Source: a virus (Duplodnaviria; Caudoviricetes). Taken from it: a stretch of 42,358 nt of DNA. A model generated the notes under the pieces. The model saw nothing but the letters and a program-made list of their open reading frames with translations. It was not told the DNA's origin and made no database searches. Made by a program: the position numbers and the translations under genes. How positions within the stretch are numbered: the first letter of the stretch is position 1; every line of letters starts with the position of its first letter. Below are positions 1 through 7,456 of this stretch, in pieces. The DNA lies in the IMG/VR virus record IMGVR_UViG_3300025723_000074, positions 1-42,358 of that record. One strand, given 5' to 3'.

Positions 1-1348
1 GTGCAGAATCTCCTAGAAAAGTATTAGCTACTTTGTCGTTAAATGTCATAGCTGTTCCGAGATTTTTTGTAACTCGTTGAACATTACCTGCATATGAAGT
101 CAATAGTCCTGCAGTAGCTGTCCCTACTTCTCCTTCTTTCGTAAGATCCGTTAAATTTTTCTTGTAAGCATCATTTCGTATCTTATTCAACGAATCTTGA
201 CTATATCCCATATTCAATAGTAACTTAGCAGGACCACTAAAAGTACCAGTAGCGATATATGCCTGCATTGCAGTCAAATATTCTTTATTGCCGGTCAGAG
301 CAGCCGCTTTTACCAGTTGTTGATCAACTAGTTGTTGTTTTTTTAAGTTGATGTACTCTTCAGAATTTTTGTCTTTTATTGAATCTAGTTTTTGCTGTTG
401 TTCAGCATTATGGATCGCCATGTTACTGGAAGCATTAGCAGCATCTAATGCTTCTTTAGCACTTTTAGCATTCATGCCGGTAAGTTTCTCAATTACCAAT
501 AGATCCTCAGAATACTTCTCCATTTCTTCTTGGACTTTACCATTGGCAAGATTGGATTTATCTATACCTATGCCGGCTTTGACCTGCATATTGAGATAGT
601 CTGCCGACTGTTGTATTAACTCTTCTTGGCTAACTCCCAATCTTTGAAAAGTGTTGAGTTGTTTGGTAGTATAGGAAGTCAAGCTACCAAATTCTTTGAT
701 ACCATCTCCGGACGTGTTCCCTAGAGCTACCATACTTTCACTAGCACTAGCTGCTGCTTTAGTAAATACTTCAAGATTTCTTGCATTTAGACCCATCTTA
801 TGAGCCATATCCAACATCTCGTTGGTAGTTATGTCACCAGCGGCGCCTATTCCAGAAAGGGTATCTACACCTTTTAATAGTGCATCCGTCTGCTTAAAGC
901 TTGCTTCTAGTACTGCACCGAATGCTACCGTTAGTCCACCTAACACGAAACCCGAGGATCCAAAAGATTTAACAACTGAAAATACTGCTTTACCTAAACC
1001 ACTAGTAGCAACACCATATTTACTAAACCCTTCTTCGTTACTGAGAACAGCTTTAGTAAAACTATCCAGTGATGTTTTAGCCTGAGATAGTCCGGTCGAT
1101 AGATTACTTCCAAGTTCTGCAACTGCTTTGGCAGCTTCATCTTCTGCTTCTTTTAGTTTGTTTGTTGCCCCCGTATTTTTATTTAATGCTCCTGTGTTTT
1201 TTGTCTGAGCAGAAGAATTCTGTTGAGTAGAGTTAGCAGAGTCATTCATAGACTTTGATAGCCCACCCAATAATGTACTTTGGTTGGCAATCAAATTATT
1301 AAGTTGATTGATAGAATCTGTTAACTCTTTTACGACTTCAGGATCCAT
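1..1348 (-). CDS. Tape-measure-like tail protein, 5' part (continues beyond the left edge)
   Basis: Absent from the ORF track because it has no stop in the window. ATG at 1348 with GGAAA upstream. Translates as MDPEVVKELTDSINQLNNLIANQSTLLGGLSKSMNDSANSTQQNSSAQTKNTGALNKNTGATNKLKEAEDEAAKAVAELGSNLSTGLSQAKTSLDSFTKAVLSNEEGFSKYG..., a helical Ala/Ser/Lys/Gln-rich sequence. Preceded by a late-promoter motif and divergent from the gp26-like gene. Confidence 0.7.
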   Translation of the reverse strand, partial: MDPEVVKELTDSINQLNNLIANQSTLLGGLSKSMNDSANSTQQNSSAQTKNTGALNKNTGATNKLKEAEDEAAKAVAELGSNLSTGLSQAKTSLDSFTKAVLSNEEGFSKYGVATSGLGKAVFSVVKSFGSSGFVLGGLTVAFGAVLEASFKQTDALLKGVDTLSGIGAAGDITTNEMLDMAHKMGLNARNLEVFTKAAASASESMVALGNTSGDGIKEFGSLTSYTTKQLNTFQRLGVSQEELIQQSADYLNMQVKAGIGIDKSNLANGKVQEEMEKYSEDLLVIEKLTGMNAKSAKEALDAANASSNMAIHNAEQQQKLDSIKDKNSEEYINLKKQQLVDQQLVKAAALTGNKEYLTAMQAYIATGTFSGPAKLLLNMGYSQDSLNKIRNDAYKKNLTDLTKEGEVGTATAGLLTSYAGNVQRVTKNLGTAMTFNDKVANTFLGDSA

Positions 1349-1363
1349 AGTATTTCCATAAAA

Positions 1364-1393
1364 TAAAAATAGGGTTTTTTTGACTAATAAATA
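1364..1393 (+). promoter_or_regulatory. Late promoter (AATAAATA at 1386-1393) with upstream TAAAA...T7 element, driving the gp26-like gene
   Basis: TAAAAATAGGGTTTTTTTGACTAATAAATA resembles the T4 late consensus TATAAATA. AAGGA RBS precedes ATG 1443. Confidence 0.7.
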
Positions 1394-1400
1394 TCTTATG

Positions 1401-1430
1401 TATTTAGTAAACCGCTAAAACCTACTTTAA
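1401..1430 (-). promoter_or_regulatory. Late promoter (ACTAAATA at 1408-1401) driving the tape-measure-like gene
   Basis: Minus strand reads TTAAAGTAGGTTTTAGCGGTTTACTAAATA. It faces the plus-strand promoter so that the two start regions nearly coincide. Confidence 0.6.
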
Positions 1431-1442
1431 TAAGGAAACCAC

Positions 1443-2270
1443 ATGGACAACAATCCGCTAAAACAGTACTTCAGAAGACCTGCTGTATATATCAAACTGC
1501 CTTCAGGTGGCGAGGGATATCCACCTGGTTCGCTGATCATGACTGAAAACGGAGAGCTTCCGGTATATCCTACCACTGCTATTGATGAAATCACTGCTAG
1601 GACACCTGACGCATTGTTCAATGGAATGGCTGTAGTTGAGTTGATAAAGAGTTGTATTCCTAATATTAAAGACCCGTGGGAAATTCCTAATGTTGATTTA
1701 GATGCTATTCTAGTAGCTATAAAGACTGCATCATCACCTTCAGGTGAGATGGATATTGATTCCACATGCCCTGCATGTGCTGATACTTCTACATTTAAGG
1801 TAAATCTATCAGCAATGTTAGGTGCTATCGGAAAGCCTGATTATTCTCAACTGATCGAAGTAGGTGAATTAAAGATCAAGTTGAAGTCTATCAGTTTCAA
1901 GGATGTAAACACTGCTTCTATGGAACAATTCGAGTTTCAGCGCGTCGTGTCACAGATAGATAACATTGAAAATATCGATGAACGAAATGCAGTAATGAAG
2001 GAATCACTGCAGAAGATCACTGATCTAACAATGAAGCTACTCAGTCATTCCATAGAGTACATCGAAACTCCTACAATGAGAGTAGAAGAAAAAGAATTCA
2101 TCCTAGATTTCTTGATGCACTGTGACCGCAACCTATATATCTCTATTCGAGATCGTAGTGCTGAACTCAGACAAATGAGTGAAGTGAAGCCCATGAAGAT
2201 GGTGTGTGCATCATGCGAACATCAGTATGAACAAACAATAACATTGAATCCTACTGATTTTTTCGAGTAA
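1443..2270 (+). CDS. gp26: T4 gp26-like baseplate hub / tail assembly protein
   Basis: 275 aa. N-terminal NPLKQYFRRPAVYIKLPS, a DLDAILVAIK helix, two CxxC pairs (CPAC, CASC) and a C-terminal DFF, as in gp26-like proteins of T4-like phages. Adjacent to the tape-measure-like gene. Confidence 0.75.
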   Translation: MDNNPLKQYFRRPAVYIKLPSGGEGYPPGSLIMTENGELPVYPTTAIDEITARTPDALFNGMAVVELIKSCIPNIKDPWEIPNVDLDAILVAIKTASSPSGEMDIDSTCPACADTSTFKVNLSAMLGAIGKPDYSQLIEVGELKIKLKSISFKDVNTASMEQFEFQRVVSQIDNIENIDERNAVMKESLQKITDLTMKLLSHSIEYIETPTMRVEEKEFILDFLMHCDRNLYISIRDRSAELRQMSEVKPMKMVCASCEHQYEQTITLNPTDFFE

Positions 2271-2306
2271 CGCTTCTTAGGTCTGCCCCAGAGCAGATCA
2301 AGAAGC
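2258..2306 (+). promoter_or_regulatory. Putative -1 programmed ribosomal frameshift signal
   Basis: Heptamer T_TTT_TTC (2258-2264) in the correct X_XXY_YYZ phase, then a 7-nt spacer. Hairpin GCTTCTT(2272-2278)/AAGAAGC(2300-2306) plus GGTCTGC(2280-2286)/GCAGATC(2293-2299), with one bulged A and a 6-nt loop. Confidence 0.75.
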
Positions 2307-2494
2307 TCTTAGATTCATATGAAGAGGAATCTATCTCCATAAAAAGGACGGCACTGCACATGGCATGGAACATGCGCGGCGGAGCCACCTATGAGGATAT
2401 ATTGAATATGTCCTATCAAGAAAGACTAGAGATCAACAATCTCATAGAAGAACACATGGAAGTGACTAAAAAGTCTCAACTTCCGTATTTCTAA
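2264..2494 (+). CDS. gp51-like hub assembly ORF, probably the -1 frameshift extension of the gp26-like gene
   Basis: The -1 frame is open from the slippery site to TAA 2492-2494: RVTLLRSAPEQIKKLLDSYEEESISIKRTALHMAWNMRGGATYEDILNMSYQERLEINNLIEEHMEVTKKSQLPYF. First ATG is only at 2360. Not in the ORF track. Confidence 0.7.
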   Translation, partial: RVTLLRSAPEQIKKLLDSYEEESISIKRTALHMAWNMRGGATYEDILNMSYQERLEINNLIEEHMEVTKKSQLPYF

Positions 2495-2518
2495 TCTCAT
2501 TCATCTCTTACTCTTGAG

Positions 2519-2568
2519 AGTTGTCCTTCGGACAACTATAATGTACCTCACTTCGTTCGGTACATTAT
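2519..2568. repeat. Two abutting perfect inverted repeats (terminator and/or ssDNA hairpin signal)
   Basis: AGTTGTCC-TTC-GGACAACT (2519-2537) and ATAATGTACC-TCACTTCGTTC-GGTACATTAT (2538-2568), followed by a T-rich tract on the + strand. Confidence 0.75.
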
Positions 2569-2629
2569 TCTCTTTACTCTTTTTTAGGCTGCTCTTATAT
2601 GTCTCTTATTGATTATTGATCTGCTGCTC

Positions 2630-2985
2630 GGGAGCCATGGTAGTGCTGCAACAGCACTACCTAGGATATTGGACTGCTAGCCCTGTATGCCTTTCTGTCG
2701 TCTGTTCCCCGTCATACTAGCTATTTCATGCTGTAATAACGCCACCGGTTGCTCTGTAAGGTTTAATGGGACTGTAGTGAATCTTACTATCTATTGATAG
2801 CTTTCAGCAACGCATGTCCTGCACCATCAAGACAAAATAGATGCAGGCTCATTCAGGGTTCGCTTAACCTAACGAGAGCCCTGTCGGTATTCCATGGACA
2901 CGAATGTCCAAGCTTACTCCAGATCCGTTGATGGTGTTTCACATCTTCTCAAGGAGAGTCGAGGTACCTCGACCAAACAAATTGT
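2630..2985 (-). ncRNA. Candidate large structured non-coding RNA, family not recognised
   Basis: No ORF of 60 aa or more, at least eight helices, a UUCG tetraloop and G-U-compatible pairs on the minus strand, and two long-range pairings. Lies just downstream of the resolvase on the same strand. Ends are approximate. Confidence 0.6.
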
Positions 2986-3044
2986 AGGGTTCTGTTGGAA
3001 GCCGTGATCTTCGTGTCAGTTAGTGTAATATGTAGGTCGTATAT

Positions 3045-3614
3045 TTAGACTGACTGGGTGTCAATAGTGAGTATATTGCCGGACTTGATGTCTGTTGTGT
3101 TTGATGCTGATGAAGCGTGTGATCTAAGAAGGTCTTTGTTGTGCCTGAAGAAGTTATCAAATTCTATGATTAGCCAATCACCCAATTTAGGTGAACTATA
3201 GTACGTAAAGTTGTCTGTTACCCATGTATGCTTAGTCTGCACTACGACATATTTGCCTTTGCGATTAAACTTCATGAATAGAATATTACAATCTTCTGGT
3301 TCTGCGACTACCATGAGTTGCCCTAACCATGTATCAAGTTGTTTGCAATCACCAGTCAATACCAGATGAAAGGGGAAGTCCTTGTATGACTTGCACTCTG
3401 CATTAAATCTGGTAAATGACTGTCCAGGAATGATATCTCCTTTGAAAGTTCTAATCTGTCCCTCATCTAGAAATTGCTTGCGAGCTTGGTTCTTGCCACC
3501 GATATAGGCGCCAGATCCGGGTACCCGTAGAAACTTCTCATCATATGTTTTAGATAAAAAGGCAGCAACGTCTCTCTCGAACGATGAACCTTTTGCTTTG
3601 CTAGGAGATGTCAT
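3045..3614 (-). CDS. Holliday junction resolvase, Hjc-like PD-(D/E)xK nuclease
   Basis: SKAKGSSFERDVA, RVPGSGA, GDII and ECK motifs. Located downstream of gp46/gp47. Confidence 0.8.
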   Translation of the reverse strand: MTSPSKAKGSSFERDVAAFLSKTYDEKFLRVPGSGAYIGGKNQARKQFLDEGQIRTFKGDIIPGQSFTRFNAECKSYKDFPFHLVLTGDCKQLDTWLGQLMVVAEPEDCNILFMKFNRKGKYVVVQTKHTWVTDNFTYYSSPKLGDWLIIEFDNFFRHNKDLLRSHASSASNTTDIKSGNILTIDTQSV

Positions 3615-3630
3615 ATACTAACTTATCTTT

Positions 3631-4275
3631 CTATTTGGGGGTGATAATATTTTTACAGCGGTCATTGTGCCAGCGTTTCATAATGCTAACTCCACCTACT
3701 GTACCGCAATGCGGACACGTTGAAGTAGTCTGTTTTCCTTTTAGTTTACCTAAACTTTCAGCAGATCGCCTAGCTCTCATTTCTGCTGCTTTTTCAGCTC
3801 CAAATATTTCTTCATACGATTTGCCTTTTTTCTTAACTGACATTAACGCTTTAGTTTTATCGCTATGGGTTTTGTCGTAGAACGGATTCAACGAACCCTT
3901 CATTCTGGAACTATGATTCTTTGCATTTTGTTCTCTTGCTTCAGCATATTCTTCAGGAGATATGGTATAGTTTCGGTCTTGATTTTGACTTTGTTTATTC
4001 ATCATTCTCCACAGTGCAGACCACATTTTACCGTTTTCAGCGTCAGTGGTCATTTCTGTTAATAATCTATGACAAGTGAAATGTTCGGCTGCAGTTAACC
4101 ATACCTTATTATTAATCTGATCACTGCCACCTAAAGATTTCGGGATTATATGATGATCCTCTATATATCCTCGTATTAACATTGCATCTTTTTTCTTCAT
4201 AGTTCTAGGGCAAATAGCCTCAGCATTATTAATAATACTATAATACTGATTGTATGCGTCATTTTTGATAAACAT
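3631..4275 (-). CDS. Free-standing HNH homing endonuclease with NUMOD3-like repeats and a C-terminal CPHC zinc finger
   Basis: EDHHIIPKSLGGSD...N...LTAAEHFTCHRLL (HNH), NPFYDKTHSDKTKALMS, TCPHCG...RWHNDRCK. Start placed at ATG 4275 (GGAG at 4284-4281) rather than the track's 4296. Confidence 0.85.
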   Translation of the reverse strand: MFIKNDAYNQYYSIINNAEAICPRTMKKKDAMLIRGYIEDHHIIPKSLGGSDQINNKVWLTAAEHFTCHRLLTEMTTDAENGKMWSALWRMMNKQSQNQDRNYTISPEEYAEAREQNAKNHSSRMKGSLNPFYDKTHSDKTKALMSVKKKGKSYEEIFGAEKAAEMRARRSAESLGKLKGKQTTSTCPHCGTVGGVSIMKRWHNDRCKNIITPK

Positions 4276-4300
4276 AAGTTCTCCAATAGGATTCACTTCT

Positions 4301-4309
4301 TATTTATCA
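4301..4309 (-). promoter_or_regulatory. Late promoter TGATAAATA for the HNH endonuclease
   Basis: Same 9-mer as upstream of the structural genes at 8432, 16584 and 39774. Confidence 0.7.
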
Positions 4310-4321
4310 GTTGTTTTACAT

Positions 4322-6394
4322 TTAACCGATTTCGGTAGCAGTGCTGTATGTAGTAAATCCTGCTTCTTTAATAACTTTTAGTACACTGGGAACGCGACCG
4401 GCAAGTTCTTCACGATGACTGACCAACCAGATACTCTTGCTTCTCCTGCGAGACATATCTTTCAGAATAGCCATAGAGTTCTCTACGCCAATGCTATCTA
4501 ATCCAGAATCGATGAGTTCATCAATGAATAGAGTATTGATAGGGAAGTATAGATTTTCCCAGACATCTCTGAATGCGAAAGAAAGACCTAAGATCAATCG
4601 GTTCCGCTCACCGCGTGAAAGATTATCAAAATCAAGTTCGCGCCCGAGTTCAGTAATTTCAACCGACAAGTCATTCTTGAATATAACGTTATGCGGAAGA
4701 CCGATCTTATCTAGATAAGATGTAAGTCTAGCATTGAGGTATGATAGGTTCTGATCAATGATCTTCTTGCGTACAAATGAATCCTTGCTGGTCAATAGAT
4801 CAAGCAAGAACTTTAGATGCTCGCCTGTCCTAGTCAAGTCATTGATACGATTGAAGTCGATCTCTTGTAATGCTTTGTTCTCCATCTCGCTGACTTGTTC
4901 TGCATATGGATCTGCCTCTGCATCTTTCGTAGCGATCTGCTGTAACAAACTGGCTACAGTAGTGCGATGTTCGATTGCTTCTGCTTCAGTATCATAATGC
5001 GTGGCTGGCATCGCTCCCGGCACGATATCAGTGTGTTCTGCGAGTTGATCAGCGTATGGGTCAGTCTCGTTCTGCTTTGCGGTGATCTGATTTTGAATGT
5101 TTGCCAGCTCAGAACTGTGCTTGACTGCTTGTGCTTCAGTCTTATAATGTGTGACAGGCATCTCGCCCAAAATGAACACAGAATTTTTATTTTTTTCTAG
5201 ATCATTCTGGAATTGGGCAAGGTCAGCATTCGCAGCAACAAGCAGATTGTGTTTATTTTCTAGAACCTGTGTATGGTTATCAGTGTGAAAATCTTGTCCA
5301 CATGTATAACACTTGTTGCCCTCAAGAGTTTTGATTTCGTTTTCTAACTTGTCAATAGTTTTTCGCTCTTTAGCGATGCTGATCCCCAATGCTGCGATGT
5401 TCGCAGTAATCTTTGCCAGTTCAGCGGATCGAAGATTGTATGCAGCCAAATCAGCGTGAGCCTGTAGTTCAGCATCAATGTCGATATGGCTCAGCTTGTC
5501 ATATGACCGCTGCAATACGGTGATGTCTGCATCTCTCTTCTGCCGCCAGGCAACCTGACGAGCGAGAAGAGCATTGTGCATATCTTTCTTCCGCTTGTTC
5601 TCATTATAAGTAGCAAGGGCACGATGCGCCTGTAGTTCAGCATCGATATCGATCTTGCTCAACTCATCATAGTCACGGATGAAGCGATTTAGGTCTTCTT
5701 CGTGCTTCTTTAGCCACAGCGTCTGCCTGCGCTTCAGGCTTTCGATCTGTTCTTGAACACGCTTGTTGGCTTCTTCGATGGCCTTTACTTTGAACTCTTC
5801 TAGTTGAATGTTATCTTTATTGTCTCGAATTTTCTCTTTGATGCGCTCTGCTTTCTCAGATAGCAGAGTGATGCCCAGCAACTGTTCGATGATCTTGCGC
5901 TGCTCACCGGAAGGAAGGGCGAGGAATGGTTCCGAATAGGTATTCAGAGCAACAATGTGCTTGAACATATCAGGCGTCATACCGATAGCACGTTCAATCT
6001 GAACCTGCGTCTCTTTGTTCTCGCCTTGAGCATCATCCTTGCCCTCTTGAAGATTGCTATTCACATAGAACTTCAGAATATGAGGCTTGCGTCCGCGTTC
6101 GATCTTGTAATCCGTTCCATTAGCAGAGAACTCTAACGTACACATCATACCCTTACCATTGGTACGATTGATCAGATTATCTTTGCGAATGTTGTTGATA
6201 GGGGAACCAAACAACACATAGGATAAGCCCTGAATGAGGGTGGTCTTGCCAGTACCGTTACGAGCACCGTCACCGCCCAAATCCAGGTTCTCACCCAAAA
6301 TGAGCGTGAGTTCTTTGCTATCAAAATTTACTGCTTGCGTTACCGCGCCGATGGAAAGGAAGTTGCGTAGCGTGATATTCTTTAGGATGATCAT
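4322..6394 (-). CDS. gp46: gp46 / SbcC / Rad50-like recombination ATPase
   Basis: Walker A GARNGTGKTT, coiled coils, zinc hook CYTC (5300-5311), signature LSRGE, Walker B LFIDE, H-loop VSH. ATGA overlap with gp47. Confidence 0.95.
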   Translation of the reverse strand: MIILKNITLRNFLSIGAVTQAVNFDSKELTLILGENLDLGGDGARNGTGKTTLIQGLSYVLFGSPINNIRKDNLINRTNGKGMMCTLEFSANGTDYKIERGRKPHILKFYVNSNLQEGKDDAQGENKETQVQIERAIGMTPDMFKHIVALNTYSEPFLALPSGEQRKIIEQLLGITLLSEKAERIKEKIRDNKDNIQLEEFKVKAIEEANKRVQEQIESLKRRQTLWLKKHEEDLNRFIRDYDELSKIDIDAELQAHRALATYNENKRKKDMHNALLARQVAWRQKRDADITVLQRSYDKLSHIDIDAELQAHADLAAYNLRSAELAKITANIAALGISIAKERKTIDKLENEIKTLEGNKCYTCGQDFHTDNHTQVLENKHNLLVAANADLAQFQNDLEKNKNSVFILGEMPVTHYKTEAQAVKHSSELANIQNQITAKQNETDPYADQLAEHTDIVPGAMPATHYDTEAEAIEHRTTVASLLQQIATKDAEADPYAEQVSEMENKALQEIDFNRINDLTRTGEHLKFLLDLLTSKDSFVRKKIIDQNLSYLNARLTSYLDKIGLPHNVIFKNDLSVEITELGRELDFDNLSRGERNRLILGLSFAFRDVWENLYFPINTLFIDELIDSGLDSIGVENSMAILKDMSRRRSKSIWLVSHREELAGRVPSVLKVIKEAGFTTYSTATEIG

Positions 6395-7407
6395 AGGGTA
6401 TTATAAATCTCTAACAGAAGTTTGGAATCATAGAAGTCGCTCTCAATATTAGTTATGCTCTCTAGCACGATCTGATCAACACTTTCGAACTTTATGTCGC
6501 CCGAAACTCCCTCTTGGGTGAGTTGTTCATTCTTGATAGGAATCAGTGATACTTCTCGCAATCCATATTCTGGAATCAAGGTCTCACGGATATAGTTAGC
6601 TTCTTCATATGAGATATCGATATCAAGATGAACGCGAACGCTAGATTTGGGCAAGAGCAATCCTTTTGGGTTATCTAGAACACTACTGAGTTTATGTACG
6701 CGGAATACGGGTTGTTTAGGCCAAGAATGAAACACCGGATCCTGTCCCCACTCTAGTATCATCATGCCCCGAGCATCATCACCGGCATCTGCATAGTTGT
6801 GAGGGAAAGCATTGCCCATGTACCAGATGTTCTTCTTGCTCTGGCGCTTATGAAAGTGTCCAGAGAATACGGTCTCGAATCCAGTGACATGAGTAGCATT
6901 CAGCCCACCGTGATCAGGCATCTCCACCATAGCATTCATGAAGAAATGCGGAAGCTCCAGATGCGAGAACAGATACTTGCCGCTAAGTTTGGACAACATC
7001 TTGTAATCTTCGCCAACTAACCAGGGAGCGATGATGACATCACCTTCGCTGAACCATTCATTGACGATTACCACATTTGGTAGATGCTTCGCCCATTCCA
7101 CTGAGTGAATATCACGACGATCACGATAGTATAGATCATGATTGCCTGGAATGAAATATACGACATCGAACGCTGCACTGAGACGCTCTAGTGCTCTGAG
7201 ACCAAACTGAAGGGTATGAATATTGATGCTGGCTCTATGGTGATTCCAATCACCTAAGAACATGCACGTTTCACACCCTTCAGACTTAGCCTTTGTTATA
7301 AACCAATCAACAAAATCAAGACAATCTGTATTATGTTGTAGGCTATTACTCTTGAGTCCAAAGTGAATATCTGTGAAGACTGCCGCCTTCTTGAATAGAT
7401 TTGTCAT
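6391..7407 (-). CDS. gp47: gp47 / SbcD / Mre11-like recombination nuclease
   Basis: Metallophosphoesterase motifs TDIHFG, FLGD, PGNHD and SGHFH. Directly upstream of gp46. Confidence 0.95.
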   Translation of the reverse strand: MTNLFKKAAVFTDIHFGLKSNSLQHNTDCLDFVDWFITKAKSEGCETCMFLGDWNHHRASINIHTLQFGLRALERLSAAFDVVYFIPGNHDLYYRDRRDIHSVEWAKHLPNVVIVNEWFSEGDVIIAPWLVGEDYKMLSKLSGKYLFSHLELPHFFMNAMVEMPDHGGLNATHVTGFETVFSGHFHKRQSKKNIWYMGNAFPHNYADAGDDARGMMILEWGQDPVFHSWPKQPVFRVHKLSSVLDNPKGLLLPKSSVRVHLDIDISYEEANYIRETLIPEYGLREVSLIPIKNEQLTQEGVSGDIKFESVDQIVLESITNIESDFYDSKLLLEIYNTL

Positions 7408-7413
7408 GTCTCT

Positions 7414-7442
7414 ACTATATTACTCTTGATCGCAAAAAACAA
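7414..7442 (-). promoter_or_regulatory. Sigma70-type promoter for gp47-gp46 (probably leaderless mRNA)
   Basis: TTGTTT (7442-7437), 17 nt, TATAGT (7419-7414). ATG follows 6 nt after the -10 box with no Shine-Dalgarno. Confidence 0.6.
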
Positions 7443-7456
7443 CGATTATGGATACC

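Noticed and set aside
348-1085. Plus-strand ORFs 348-599 and 822-1085
   Set aside because: Antisense shadows of the tape-measure-like gene, with no RBS or recognisable motifs.
2630-2985. tRNA, tmRNA, RNase P RNA or group I/II intron identity for the structured element
   Set aside because: No cloverleaf or T-loop/CCA end, no GAGGAAAGUCC, no convincing P7 or domain V, and the flanking genes are complete rather than interrupted.
3001-3100. Imperfect direct repeat GCCGTGATCTTCGTGTCAGTTAGTGT (3001-3026) versus GCCGGACTTGATGTCTGTTGTGT (3078-3100)
   Set aside because: Only two copies and needs three gaps. At most a decayed local duplication, not a CRISPR-like or guide array.
4437-7020. Short plus-strand ORFs opposite gp46/gp47
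   Set aside because: Antisense to well-supported genes, with no independent signals.
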